Of a stretch of DNA of 64,000 nucleotides, positions 1 through 14,651 are shown piece after piece. Location of the stretch: contig NC_042998.1 in assembly GCF_006345805.1 (NCBI RefSeq), forward strand, positions 141,112,001 through 141,176,000. Reading direction: 5' to 3'. The notes under the pieces were generated by a model. It was not told the origin of the DNA, ran no database searches, and was given only the letters and a program-made list of their open reading frames with translations. Both the position numbers and the translations under genes were made by a program. The stretch comes from Octopus sinensis (taxonomy: Eukaryota). The number at the start of each line of letters is the position of its first letter. Position 1 is the stretch's first letter.

Positions 1-1154
1 GTGGAAGGGATGCATCCCGATGGTCAAGCGGTCTATCTCATGTCAGCACCCGCTGAGTGGAGGCCTGGGCATGCCGGGATTGGTGATGCGCAGATATACG
101 CTGAGGCTACGACATCTCCAGTGCTTCCTTGTTGGTGAACAGATGTGGTCGCCGTTCGCCATACACATATTTTCGCAGCTAGTTTCTTTAACGGAGCTGC
201 AGTCCTGTGTAAAACGGAGACCGCGCGGAAGCATCTGGAAAGTGGAATGTTTTTAAGCACTCACAGCCCTCATCCAAGCGGACACTGCGATAGGTGGAAC
301 GTTTACTTTAGCTTTTTATAGAGGATTAGTGGAGGAAAAGTGCAACGACGTTCTTGGGGAGACCTTCGTCGTCGAAGAAAATCAACTAGCCGCTCTTTTC
401 CGGAGAATTTTCGGGCCGGGACCGATGGATAATTTCCAAAGATCTCTAGCTTGGCAGTGCTACTGGGGAGCTTTGCCTGTTCGAAATAAACTTTACAGGC
501 ATGAAAGTGCCATCAGCCGAGCATGTCCGAAATGCACGCAGGACGACGAAACGGACCTGCATGTACTCGTCCAGCATCCGAGCATTGCTGACCAGTGGGT
601 TTATGTCGAACACTTGCTGTTTCATATAGGACGGATCCGGCTGTCAACTGAATCCATCGTGAAGATCGCACCGCCGCCTTCCTTTAACCAGGAAGGAAAG
701 GCTGTGTTTATATGCCTGGTTGCCATGGCGAAAGAGATTGTATGGTGGACGAGATTGAAGGGGCTGAAGACAGACACCTTTCTCGTTGGCCAATCCCTGA
801 TGAACTTCATCAAGTTTCACTTGAAAAGAAAAATAAGGGTAGAGACGGAAGTGTTATCTTCTAGCCAGTTTACTGAAAGGTGGATGAAAGTGGTGAGAAT
901 GATGCGAATGAACGAGCCTGCCCTGAGCATACGCCTGTAGTTGGGAAAAAGGAAAGGAAAAAAGGGTGTTTGGCCCTTGTTGGAGTTTCTCCTGTATTAG
1001 GAGGGCTGCATCCTTCATGTTATCACATACTTTTATCGCATTTCACCGTCTTTTCCAATTTTCCCTAATCTTTTATGTACCCCACCAAAACAAATTGTCG
1101 ATTGCTCTTGTGATGTTCCCCTCGTTTATGCCCGTGTGACTAACAAAAGAAATC
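1..1154 (+). mobile_element. 3' portion of a decayed L1/Tx1-clade-like LINE (RT C-terminus, zf-RVT-like zinc finger, 3' UTR)
   Basis: ORF 20..256 has GGLGMP; ORF 329..940 has LAWQCYWGALPVRNKL...CPKC...ETDLH (CCHC/zf-RVT-like); frameshifted; 3' end GCCCGTGTGACTAACAAAAGAAAT followed by (AAT)/(CAT) repeats. Confidence 0.75.
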
Positions 1155-2918
1155 ATAATAATGATGATCATCATCATCATTATCATCATCGTCATCGTCG
1201 TCATCATCAACATCGTTGTCCTTGTTGTTGTTGTTATTATTGTCGTTGTCGATGCTTTCTTGTTTTGAGGGGAGTGGACGTCTTTCAATCGCTATGTTTA
1301 TAATTAAAGGAAAAATTGTGTATTTATTTACTAGCTTCGTTTTCCTGCTTACCTTCTCACAGCAGGAAGGTATTACTTTTGGACGGTTTTACATGTTTTA
1401 TTTTTCAAACTTTCATTTTATTTATCATCTTTTCATAACATGATGGCTTCTTCGTCTGGAGTAACAGTAAGAGTTGCAACTGGTAAAGATGGTAGCAGCT
1501 TACCCAGTAAAAATGGTAGCAGCTTACACGCCCTCAATATTATCGAACAAAACAAATCGCTGAAAATAATGAAAATAAACACAAAATGGCTAAGGAATAA
1601 AAAGGACAAACCGAGGAAAAAATGATGACATTTAAAGCAACAAATGGAATTACAAACACAGACGCAAACATTAAAGCTTTGGAAAATACGCTGAAAATAC
1701 AAACGAATACACTAGCAGCGTAAACACTAGACGTTGGCAACAGCACCACCATCATGCATATACACGAAATAATTCACAATGCAACTAATAGCAAATAGAG
1801 ATGTGAATGTCTTCAGACAAAAATAAGCTTGCACATGAAACAGTTCTCTTGAAATAAAGGATGGTGAGAAGAAGTATGTCACGAAAAATTGTACCTCCTT
1901 ATCTGAAACGACTAGGAGAAAAGGGATATATCCCGTCTGTTGTTTTAACTTCAAAGCACCAATTAAAGGGAGCCCCCAGCTGATGCGTGGGTCGATGTAG
2001 TCGTCAATATATGGAGTAGAAGACATGGAAGTGTGTGACTGGTCTTCGAATTCGAGGACAAGGCGAGGCAAAGGGCTCAGTTGGTACCGCCCCCACCCCA
2101 TCCCGAATTGTCCACTATGCGCAGTTGCAAATCCTTCAAACTAGCGAAAGAATTATCTTGTCCTCAATCGACGATCCAGAGTTCTCACTTCAGCCATGCC
2201 CACTAGTGCTTCTTGTGACGATAGGGTGAGCGTAGAAAACAAAAAGGGATGGCAGGTATCGAAGATTGTGAAAACAAAACAAAAAAAAGAAAAAAGAAAA
2301 AAGGAAACAAAATTAATTCCAAAACAAAGAACGAGCGGAACGCACGAAAAGTTCCTCTCCTAGAAAGATACGAAATTCACAGTAATTCGAATAGAAAACG
2401 ACTGACTGATGTATAGTTTAGATAAACTACGAGAATATTAAAAAAGTATAAAGTGCAGATTTTTAAGGAGGTGGACTCCGACTATGTGGAGAAGGTAAGA
2501 GACAGACTGGTAGTTAAAAATAACTTCAGGACTATTGACTTTTATATCTAAATGACCAGGGGCCATTGATCATCCACTCCGACAACCAAGATAATCATAG
2601 GTTTTTAGGGAGCTACAATTTCAAGTTCGTAGTCGCGGAGTACATGGGAGCATAAAGTGGTGAAGGTCGTAGGGTGCTTTGATCAAATCCAGGTGACGGT
2701 TTCTCACATGTCTGGATACGTTGCCTTCATTTGTTTTGTCTCTATTTTATATATCATCAAATTTATGTGTGCATATGTACAGACACAGATAGAGGAGGTG
2801 GAGAGTATGGCTTCAAGATTGTTTTCATATGAACACAACGTCTCCCCTAAAGGCTCAGAACATATCAGGGTCTTAGTTAAACACAATATCCATTATACGC
2901 AACAAAAGCAGCATTTAG

Positions 2919-2945
2919 ACACACACACACATACACACACACACA

Positions 2946-2988
<43 letters not shown>

Positions 2989-3152
2989 ACACACGTTGGC
3001 GATTTTTTTCCTCCGTCTTCCCTTCTCTGGATCTTACCTTTTCCTATGTTTCTGACGAAGAGCTCCGCTCGAAACGTTAAACCCTCCTTCTTCCCTTCCT
3101 TCCTGAGCGTCCAATAATACTATATTTGTTCCACGTCCTCGCGTTGTTGCGT

Positions 3153-3241
<89 letters not shown>

Positions 3242-3242
3242 A

Positions 3243-3284
<42 letters not shown>

Positions 3285-3306
3285 GTGTGTGTGTGTGTGT
3301 GTGTGT
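2919..3306. repeat. (CA)n, (TA)n and (TG)n microsatellites flanking a ~160-bp short element
   Basis: Directly visible dinucleotide runs at ~2919-2994 and ~3157-3306. Confidence 0.9.
3048..3082 (+). ncRNA. Minimal type I hammerhead ribozyme-like motif (Penelope-type)
   Basis: GTTT-CTGACGA-A-GAGC(TCC)GCTC-GAAA-CG-TT-AAAC: intact CUGANGA/GAAA core, stem I GUUU/AAAC, stem II GAGC/GCUC, palindromic ACGU stem III. Confidence 0.6.
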
Positions 3307-3367
3307 AATTGTTAGGAGGACAACAAACGTTAAGGCAAAGCAAACATTATCATTGGAAAAACATTCA

Positions 3368-3423
3368 GTCTTACAGCTGTTTCTGGGATATTCTAGAGTA
3401 TGGGATATTCTGTCTTCGGAGAC
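3368..3423 (-). ncRNA. Degenerate hammerhead ribozyme-like motif
   Basis: Minus strand GTCT-CCGAAGA-...-GAAA-CAGCTG-TA-AGAC: stem I GUCU/AGAC, palindromic stem III ACAGCUGU, GUA site; U4>C change and disrupted stem II. Confidence 0.45.
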
Positions 3424-3625
3424 AAATAGGAAAATGTGAAGGGTATAGATTAATGAAATGACGACATAGAAGATAGGAGTAAAGGAATAAGGAGATGAAG
3501 AAAGACAAGAAAAAAGAAGCATAAAAGTTCACAATACCTAATCGTTTAGATCACCTGTGAACTAAACCTCCATATTGTGTGTATGTGTGTGTGTGTGTGT
3601 GTGTGTATATACGCACACTTTTGCG

Positions 3626-3687
<62 letters not shown>

Positions 3688-3954
3688 CAGATACTTCAAT
3701 CTGGATCCATATTGGCTACTGTAGAAATCACGTGTCCACTTCAGTTAACCGTCTTTACTCTTCTGTTGACCTTCATTCAACTTTAAATATTTACAAGACA
3801 CTACTCGTGTGTGTGTGTGTGTGTGTGTGTGTGCTCAAATGGCTTCATAATTACGCTCTTGTCTTTATGGCGGATTTATGATCGAATCTAAAAATATAAC
3901 TTAACTTCACGGTCAACTCTTATGTTTGTTAGGCGACACCCTGGCGTCTAGCAA

Positions 3955-3994
<40 letters not shown>

Positions 3995-4578
3995 TCACAC
4001 GCACATAGACGCACTCGTTCAAATAGAATCTCACTCATTTCCATAGAAATCCACCATTCGTTGTCGCCATCTCCTGCAGTGTTCTAAATATAACACGTAT
4101 TTAATATTTATTTGGGTATCGTCTGTGTGGTAAGAAAGTTATTTCACAACCTTAAGATTCCGGCTTTAGTCCTACTACGTGGCACCTTGGGCAAATGTCT
4201 TCTACTATAGCCTCGAGTCGATCAAAGCCTTGTGAGTGGATATAATTGATGGAAACTGAAAGAAGACCGTCAAATACATATATATGTATGTATGTGTTTG
4301 TTTGTGTGTGTGTGTGTGTGTGTGTGCGCGCGCCAATGGAAAAGAGCCAGTTTCTAACGAAGATTTAAGGCTCCCTTAACTGGATTTTCAACAATACCAA
4401 AAAGGTAGTTACGCATATGTGTGTATCTGTGTGTATATAATATTTAGAGTCACGGCATGAGCAGATTTGGGCGTTTTACTTGATGTGCATGTCCTCATAC
4501 TTATAGTTGCGTGTCTTAATATGCACTTGTGTACTTATATACTAATCTTTCAGGAAGTTATCAGGCCTCCAAGCTTAG

Positions 4579-5040
4579 TCATTTTCTTAAACCAGGGCTA
4601 CAGCTCTGCCAAAGAAGGAGAGGCTGAAAGACGTGCCTTACAAACGGAGGCGATACCGGATCACCGTCCAAGAAAATTTGTAGGTGTCGTAACCTCAGCA
4701 TATTTTTGTGCATCAATAGCCATGTCATGCCAAACCCGCCTTCTAGGGGGCAGACAATAGATGAACCACCTGACGAGTAGAACGAGACTTTTCTGCAGGA
4801 AACGGAAAAGTAGACTCTCCAGTATGGGCAAACGTGGACCAGTGCAAGGCGCAACGGTCACGTAGTAAGTTTTTACGGAGGCAATGTAAGCAAGTGCTAT
4901 CTTTGAAAAGGATAGCTTCCTCTAAGGTCATTTCTGAGTGAGGCTGGCCACTCTGTTCGTAATTTGGTCCCAGTTCTTTCCACCTGAGGATCCAGACCTA
5001 ACTGGACCCGGGTAGTTTCACTGGTCCATCTATCCAGCGA
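4579..5040 (-). mobile_element. Fragment of the same L1/Tx1-like LINE family as 1..1154
   Basis: GGFGMTWLLMHKNMLRLRHLQIFLDG aligns with GGLGMPGLVMRRYTLRLRHLQCFLVG of ORF 20..256. Confidence 0.7.
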
Positions 5041-5352
5041 CTTACTGCTCGTATGTTGGTTGATGGCATAGACTTGGCTCTCTAAGTGCTGAGGCGCAAT
5101 AATAAGAATTATTTCTGCTTCAGGCACAATGCCAACAATTTTGAGGATAGGGAGAATGTTAACCGATACAATCGACCCCAGTATCTGACTGGCACTTCAT
5201 TTTATGAACCCTGAAAAATGAAAGATAAAGCTGACCCTCGACAGGGATGCACCGAGAATGTAAAGAGCCAGAAGAAATGTTGCATGGTTTTTTTCCCAAC
5301 CCTCTAGCGATTCTACAAGTTCGTCGTCTTGATGATGATTATGATGATATCA

Positions 5353-5402
<50 letters not shown>

Positions 5403-5942
5403 GGTGGGGTGGTGGTGGTGGTGGTGTGGTGGTGGTGGTGGTGGTTTGGTGAGGAGGAGGAGATTTCCAGCGATTTTGAGGTAAAAGGTGTTAGTCGAAA
5501 TTTTATCAATCTCTGAGGTAATGATAGGACCAGCGGGATTTGAACTCCGAACACAAAAAGCCGTGCTGTAGTTGGTCCGTTTGCTTGCATTCCGGGATCA
5601 ACTCCTGCCGAGGTCAACTCCTGCCGAGGTCAACTTTATTTCCATCTTTTCAGAGTCGATAAAAATAATGTACCAGTTATGTACAGTGGTCAAAATTATC
5701 GATAGACCACCATCTTTCCTCAAATGTCAAACCTTGTACCCGTATTAGAAACGAATGCAACAACTAGAACCGTGGTTCTCAACCATTTTTGCCTATGAAC
5801 TCCTTTGAATCTTATATTTCACCACTGGACCCCCAAAGCCATTTAATTTCTGAAAAAATCACATTATATTTTTATGATTGAATATTATCAGGAATTGTTT
5901 TAAAAAATTGGTAAAATATTTTGTGTATTGTAGAAGTATTGT

Positions 5943-6170
5943 GGAGGCGCGTGATTTAGTGGCTAGGGTGTCAGCATCATGATCGTAAAATTGTGGTTTC
6001 GATTCCTGGACTGGGCGACGCGTTTTGTTCTTGAGCAAAACACTTAATTTCACGTTGCTCCAGTCCACTCAGCTGGCAAAAATGAGTAATGCTGCGATGG
6101 ACTGGCGTCCCATCCAGCTGGGGAACACATACGCCATTGAAACCGGGAAACCGAGCCTTTAAAAGGGCGA
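5943..6170 (+). mobile_element. tRNA-derived SINE (family C; related copies ~17428-17745, ~41675-41980, ~52113-52410)
   Basis: A-box/B-box-like head (AGTGGCTAG...GGTTTCGATTCC) followed by shared TGTTCTTGAGCAA...TTCACGTTGCTCCAG body. Confidence 0.65.
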
Positions 6171-6519
6171 AAAAAAAGTAGTATAACCGATTTATCGCGC
6201 ATGATTTTTAACAACTAAATCACATGTGGAGCCCCACCCCCGTGCAGGGTCATGTGGACCTCGGTTGAGCTCCATTGAGCTAGAATAACAAATGTAACAA
6301 CAGCAACAACAACAACAAAAACAACAGCAGCAGCAGCAAATACTTCCCACCTTCACTGTTGCTCGCAAGAATAACAAGGAGTTGTCGGAGTTCATAAAAT
6401 TTCAATCCTTACATAAACAAAAAAACAGAAACAGATGCGGGGAAAAAAGGAAACACTCCTAGGAACAATAGAGGACAGACTCCCGGCAAGGGTAATATTA
6501 TATGTACATTGAGTAGATA

Positions 6520-6830
6520 AGAGTTAACTTCTACCCCTTTCTCTTTCAAATCGTATTTCAACAGCCGAGGTACCCACTTTGCATACACTTTATTATACCC
6601 AAACTTGTCCTCAATCTTCTGCAATGCATTTTGACCATAAGAAGCTCACGAATTGTAACTTATTTCGACTATCCGCGCAAATCAATTCGTTCACTCGTTA
6701 GCGATTCGTTTCACTGATCGCAGTTGAAGGTCTCCTACTTTGTGGTTTGTCTTCACAGAGCTGGTTTTCTATGTTTTCAACTCCTTCACCCATCGATGTT
6801 CATTGAAGCACCGTGAAGAATTTTAGTTGA
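6520..6830 (-). mobile_element. Mariner transposase fragment
   Basis: ORF 6409..6624 contains FGYNKVYAKWVPRLL (mariner WVPxxL motif); decayed. Confidence 0.6.
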
Positions 6831-7019
6831 GCATATCGCCCCCAATACTTATTACGTTTTTGTTAAGCCTGGCACTGAATTTATTAGTATCTTTTACCGA
6901 ACTGCTAAGTAACAGGGACTTAAACTCAAAACTTCGGTTGTCAAGCGGTGGTGGGGGACAAACACTTACATATACACAGACACATATGCACACACATACA
7001 TATGTGTATATATATATAT

Positions 7020-7194
7020 ATCGCTAGCCACTAAACCTTTTTTTTATTTTCTCTCCCTGTTTCTTTCTGTGTTCCTTTCTGTCGAAGAGCGTAGGGTCGA
7101 AATGTAAAATACTTTCTCACTTCCCGAGCGTTAAACTAATACATCTGTTTGTTGTTTACACACCTGTATTCGTTTTTTGCTTTTTTGTAAATTC

Positions 7195-7200
<6 letters not shown>
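7020..7200 (+). mobile_element. Short (TA)n-embedded element with hammerhead-like motif (related copies ~16387-16524 +, ~29605-29800 -, ~45880-46060 -)
   Basis: Shared CCTTTCTGTCGAAGAGCGTAGG.TCGAAA.GT and CCCGAGCGTTAAACTAATAC...TGTAAATT.TCAC ending at (TA)n. Confidence 0.6.
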
Positions 7201-7253
<53 letters not shown>

Positions 7254-7638
7254 CGGTCTTCTTTCAGTTTCCGTCAACCAGGTCCATTCACAAGACACTT
7301 GTCCAAGGTTCCACGCTGCAGTGGTGGGACTGAAACGGGAACCATGTAGTTGGGAAACAAATGTCTTACTACACAGTTATGCCTTCGCCTATATGTTAGA
7401 TAATAAAGAAAGATGTGGTCAATTTTTGCACTGATTTTGGAACAAACCCCCGTATACATCCACATATCCACTCACATAGCATTAACTACGTTTAAACACG
7501 TCATAGTGCTTGCTTCTGGATCACACTGTCATATATATATATATATATATATATATGTAAAAAAAAAAAAGTATTTTAGAAACTCGGCAGTTTATGGTCT
7601 CCATGATAACTACAATAAGGCAATAATGTTTATGTGTA

Positions 7639-7849
7639 AGGCGGCGAGCTGGCAGAAACGTTAGCGCGCCGGGCGAAACGCTTAACAGTGTTTCGTACGT
7701 CTTTACGTTCTGAGTTCAAATTCATCCGAAGACGACTTTGCCTTTCATCTTTTCAGGGTCGATAAATTAAGTACCAGTACTGCAGTCGATCTAATCGACT
7801 GGCCCTCTCCCCAAAAGTTTCGGGCCTTGTGCCTAAAGTAGAAAAAAAT

Positions 7850-7850
<1 letters not shown>
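7639..7850 (+). mobile_element. tRNA-like SINE (family B)
   Basis: GGCGAGCTGGCAGAAACGTTAG...TTCTGAGTTCAAATTC...GCCTTTCATC...GGGTCGATAAATTAAGTACCAG; recurs many times in the window on both strands. Confidence 0.75.
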
Positions 7851-11320
<3,470 letters not shown>

Positions 11321-11747
11321 CATGGCCGACTTTTTTCTGGTCTCGTCTATTAGATCCACTCACAAGATTTTTGTCGGCCCGGTGCTATAGAAGTCACTTG
11401 GCCAATGTGTCATGCAGTGGGACTGAACCCGGAACAATAAGGTTCAGAAGCAGACTTCTCATCACACAGTCATGCCTCTGTGTGAATTATCTTAGGAGTG
11501 GTTGAGATCTTAGAGGTGGCTCTTAACAGTCTCGTAACTATTTCTCAAGTTTCAGAAATCTGATATACTATAACTAATTCCAAAACTACATACACACTCG
11601 CGTACATATTCATTACTTAGCTGTGTTGTTGTTGTTGTTGCTACTGTTATTGTTTAGTCCCAAGTTAGCTCTCTTCAAGGACATCTATGATAAAAAGGCA
11701 TTTCGACCGTGACAGTCCTGTCTTTATTGTTTTTTTTTTCTTAATTA

Positions 11748-11890
11748 GGCGCAGGCGTGACTGTGTGGTAAGAAGCTTGCTTACCAACCACATGGTTCTG
11801 GGTTCAGTTTCATTGTGTGACTCTTTGGACAAGTGTCTTCTACTATAACCTTGTGAGTGGATTCAGTAGACGGAAACTGAAAGAAGCCCG

Positions 11891-11961
<71 letters not shown>

Positions 11962-12180
11962 GATATATATATATATATAATATGTCTTTGTTTGTTCCCC
12001 AACCACCCGGTGTTGGTGTGGTTTAGTCCTCGTAATTTAGTGGTTCGGCAAAAGGAACCGATAGAATTAGTACCAGGCTTAAAAAAAAAAGTACTGGGGT
12101 CGATTAGTTCGACTAAAAATTGTACATGGTGGTGTCCCAGCATGGCCACAGTCTAATGACTAAAACATGTAAAAATAAAA
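11748..12180 (+). mobile_element. tRNA-derived SINE (family A) with internal (TA)n; other copies ~15127-15570, ~15668-15830, ~36763-37210, ~40880-41220, ~62695-63075 and several minus-strand copies
   Basis: Head GGCGCAGGCGTG.CTGTGTGGTAAGAAGCTTGCTT.CCAACCACATGGTTC.GGGTTCA, body ...GACGGAAACTGAAAGAAGCCCG, microsatellite, tail ...CAGCATGGCCACAGTC.AATGACT.AAACA. Confidence 0.8.
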
Positions 12181-12519
12181 GGAAAGTGTATCTACAATAA
12201 CATAATCCAAAAGATAACATTGAAAAGGTGCTCATGTGTGTTTTGAGGGAAATTTGGCTGCTGTTTCTAGTAAATCGATTGACCACATACAGGTTTCTTT
12301 GTTGGATCGTTATAGATGCGTAATTTATACAAACTTTGTTCTGAAGAAAACACCCATATTGTTCGATGAGTGTTCTTTTCGGTCGTGTTCTGGTGATATT
12401 CTTGGAGTAGGCTAGTGATTAAACCCGGAACCTTTCTTTAACTATTATTATCTGCTAATCTAAAGACTAGCCAACTGCCATGGAGAATGAGTAAATTTTG
12501 ACAGTTTTAAATATTCTTT

Positions 12520-12912
12520 TCTACTCTAGGTACAAGGCTCGAAAATTTTTTTTGGGAGGGGGCAGTCGATTACATCGACCCCAGTTCGCAACTGGTACTT
12601 ACTTTATTGATCCCGAAAGGATGAAAGGCAAAGTCGACCTCGGCGGAATTTGAACTCAGAACGTAAAGACAGACAAAATACCTATTTCTTTACAACCCAC
12701 AAGAGGACAAACAGAGAGGACAAACAAGGACAGACAAAGGGATTAAGTCGATTATATCGATCCCAGTGCGTAACTAGTACTTATTTAATCGATCCCGAAA
12801 GGATGAAAGGCAAAGTCAACCTCGGCGGAATCTGAACTCAGAACGTAAAGACAGACGAAATACTGCTAAGCAGTTCGCCCGGTGTGCTGACGTTTCTGCC
12901 AGCTCACTGCCT
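12520..12912 (-). mobile_element. SINE family B with tandemly duplicated body
   Basis: Two consecutive copies of GATCCCGAAAGGATGAAAGGCAAAGTC.ACCTCGGCGGAAT.TGAACTCAGAACGTAAAGACAGAC. Confidence 0.75.
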
Positions 12913-13269
12913 TGACAGTTTTAAATATTAAAGTCTTAAAAGGCAGTGGAGCTGGCAGAATCGTTAACACAATGGACAACATACTTAACGATATTTCTTC
13001 TAGCTCATTACGTTCTGAGTTCAAATTCCGCCAAGGTCAGTTTTAACTTTCGTAGTCGGTGAAAAATCGTATCGATGAAAAACCTGGATCGATATAAGTA
13101 TTTCTGGCTCTCTGAGTTCAAATTCCGCTGAGGTCAATTTTATCTTTCGTAGTTGATTAAAAAAACGTATCGGTCAAAAATTTGGCTAAATATAATCCTC
13201 CAAAAATTGCTGGTCTTGTGCCAAAATTTGAAACCAATATTAAAACTTTAATGAGATTTAAGCATTTTC

Positions 13270-14180
13270 CACCTGAAGATGGTTAGAGAGAATTCCGATT
13301 GAAATGTTGCGTCAGCCTCTTGGATGAGGAATGCCTAAAACGAGAAAAATATTCAGAAAACACACTTCAACCATCAGGGACCACACGATGAATTATTTAG
13401 ATATATAAATAGCGAAACCTTCTTTCTTATTCCCACTGTATTGTGACAGTTTGAAGTTCAAAACTGAAAAATCTTTTTTTATTTATTTTTTCTTCATTCT
13501 TCTACAGAAAAAACTTCTGGAATTATCTTTCATCAGCAAAAGTTTTATTTAAGACATAGCAAAAAAGGATGTAGTAGACTAAAAGGAACATGATATTTAA
13601 ATAAACGTTATCGACCACAGATACTTAACGTTATATGCTTTGTGTATTTACTTGTAGGCTGCGACTTGGCGTGGTGAACAATAGTCTCTGAAAGCGCTGG
13701 GTGTTAAAACACGCCAAATCGTAGCCTACCGGAAAATACACAACACATATACGATATATGAGATCGATAAAGCTTTTTTAGACTTGTACTGCTTCTAATT
13801 CATACTTGATGATAATAAAAATATAAAATATAAGAAAAAAGCGTTTGACTCCTGAAGTCGGTAGGAGAGAATACCGATCGAAATATATCGGCATCTAAGG
13901 AACGACTAAAACGAGAAAAAAAAATCGTAAAGCACACTTCAATTATTAGTAACCAACCGGAACAGCACACTGGAAAATTATTCAAATATAAAATGGGGTA
14001 AGCTTCTTTTTTTATTCCCATTGTATTACGAGAGTTCAAAGTTCAAAACTGAAAAGTCTTTTTATTTATTATTTTTGTCTTCCTTCTACATGGAAACGTC
14101 TTGAATTATCGTTCGTCAGCAAAGGTTTTATTTAAAAACAAAAATAGGATATGCAAGATTAAAGAGAGCATAATATTTTT
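13270..14180 (+). repeat. Pair of diverged ~330-bp direct repeats (~13270-13600, ~13850-14180) flanking a long hairpin
   Basis: Shared blocks CCTGAAG...GAGAGAAT.CCGAT.GAAAT, CTAAAACGAGAAAAA, CACACTTCAA, TATTCCCA.TGTATT, AAGTTCAAAACTGAAAA, GAATTATC.TTC.TCAGCAAA.GTTTTATTTAA. Confidence 0.75.
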
Positions 14181-14551
14181 CTTGAATAAAAATAATGTTT
14201 ATCTTTATTTTTCGTGGCCGAATCATAAAACATGTTGATTTAGGTGAAAGAAAAAACGAGAACAAATTAAAATGTAACAAAAATAAAATAATAAAATAAA
14301 GCTTTCACGCAAATATTTAAGGAGTATTTTGGTATTTCAGCTGTGCCGTCTGTTGCTAAATTCACTGGGAAGAGTAAGGAATGAATTTTACTTCAAACTT
14401 CAAGAAGTCTTTGACGAAATTTACACATGCTACTTCCGGGACATCATTTCCACCATGGATAGAACCGTGGTCGTTCAATCGTATATGTGTGTGTGTATGT
14501 ATGTGTGTGTGTGTGTGTGCGTGTGTGTGTGTGTGTGCATGTGTGTGTGTG

Positions 14552-14651
14552 NNNNNNNNNNNNNNNNNNNNNNNNNNNNNNNNNNNNNNNNNNNNNNNNN
14601 NNNNNNNNNNNNNNNNNNNNNNNNNNNNNNNNNNNNNNNNNNNNNNNNNNN
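14552..14651. other. Assembly gap (100 N)
   Basis: Run of N directly after a (TG)n tract. Confidence 0.99.
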
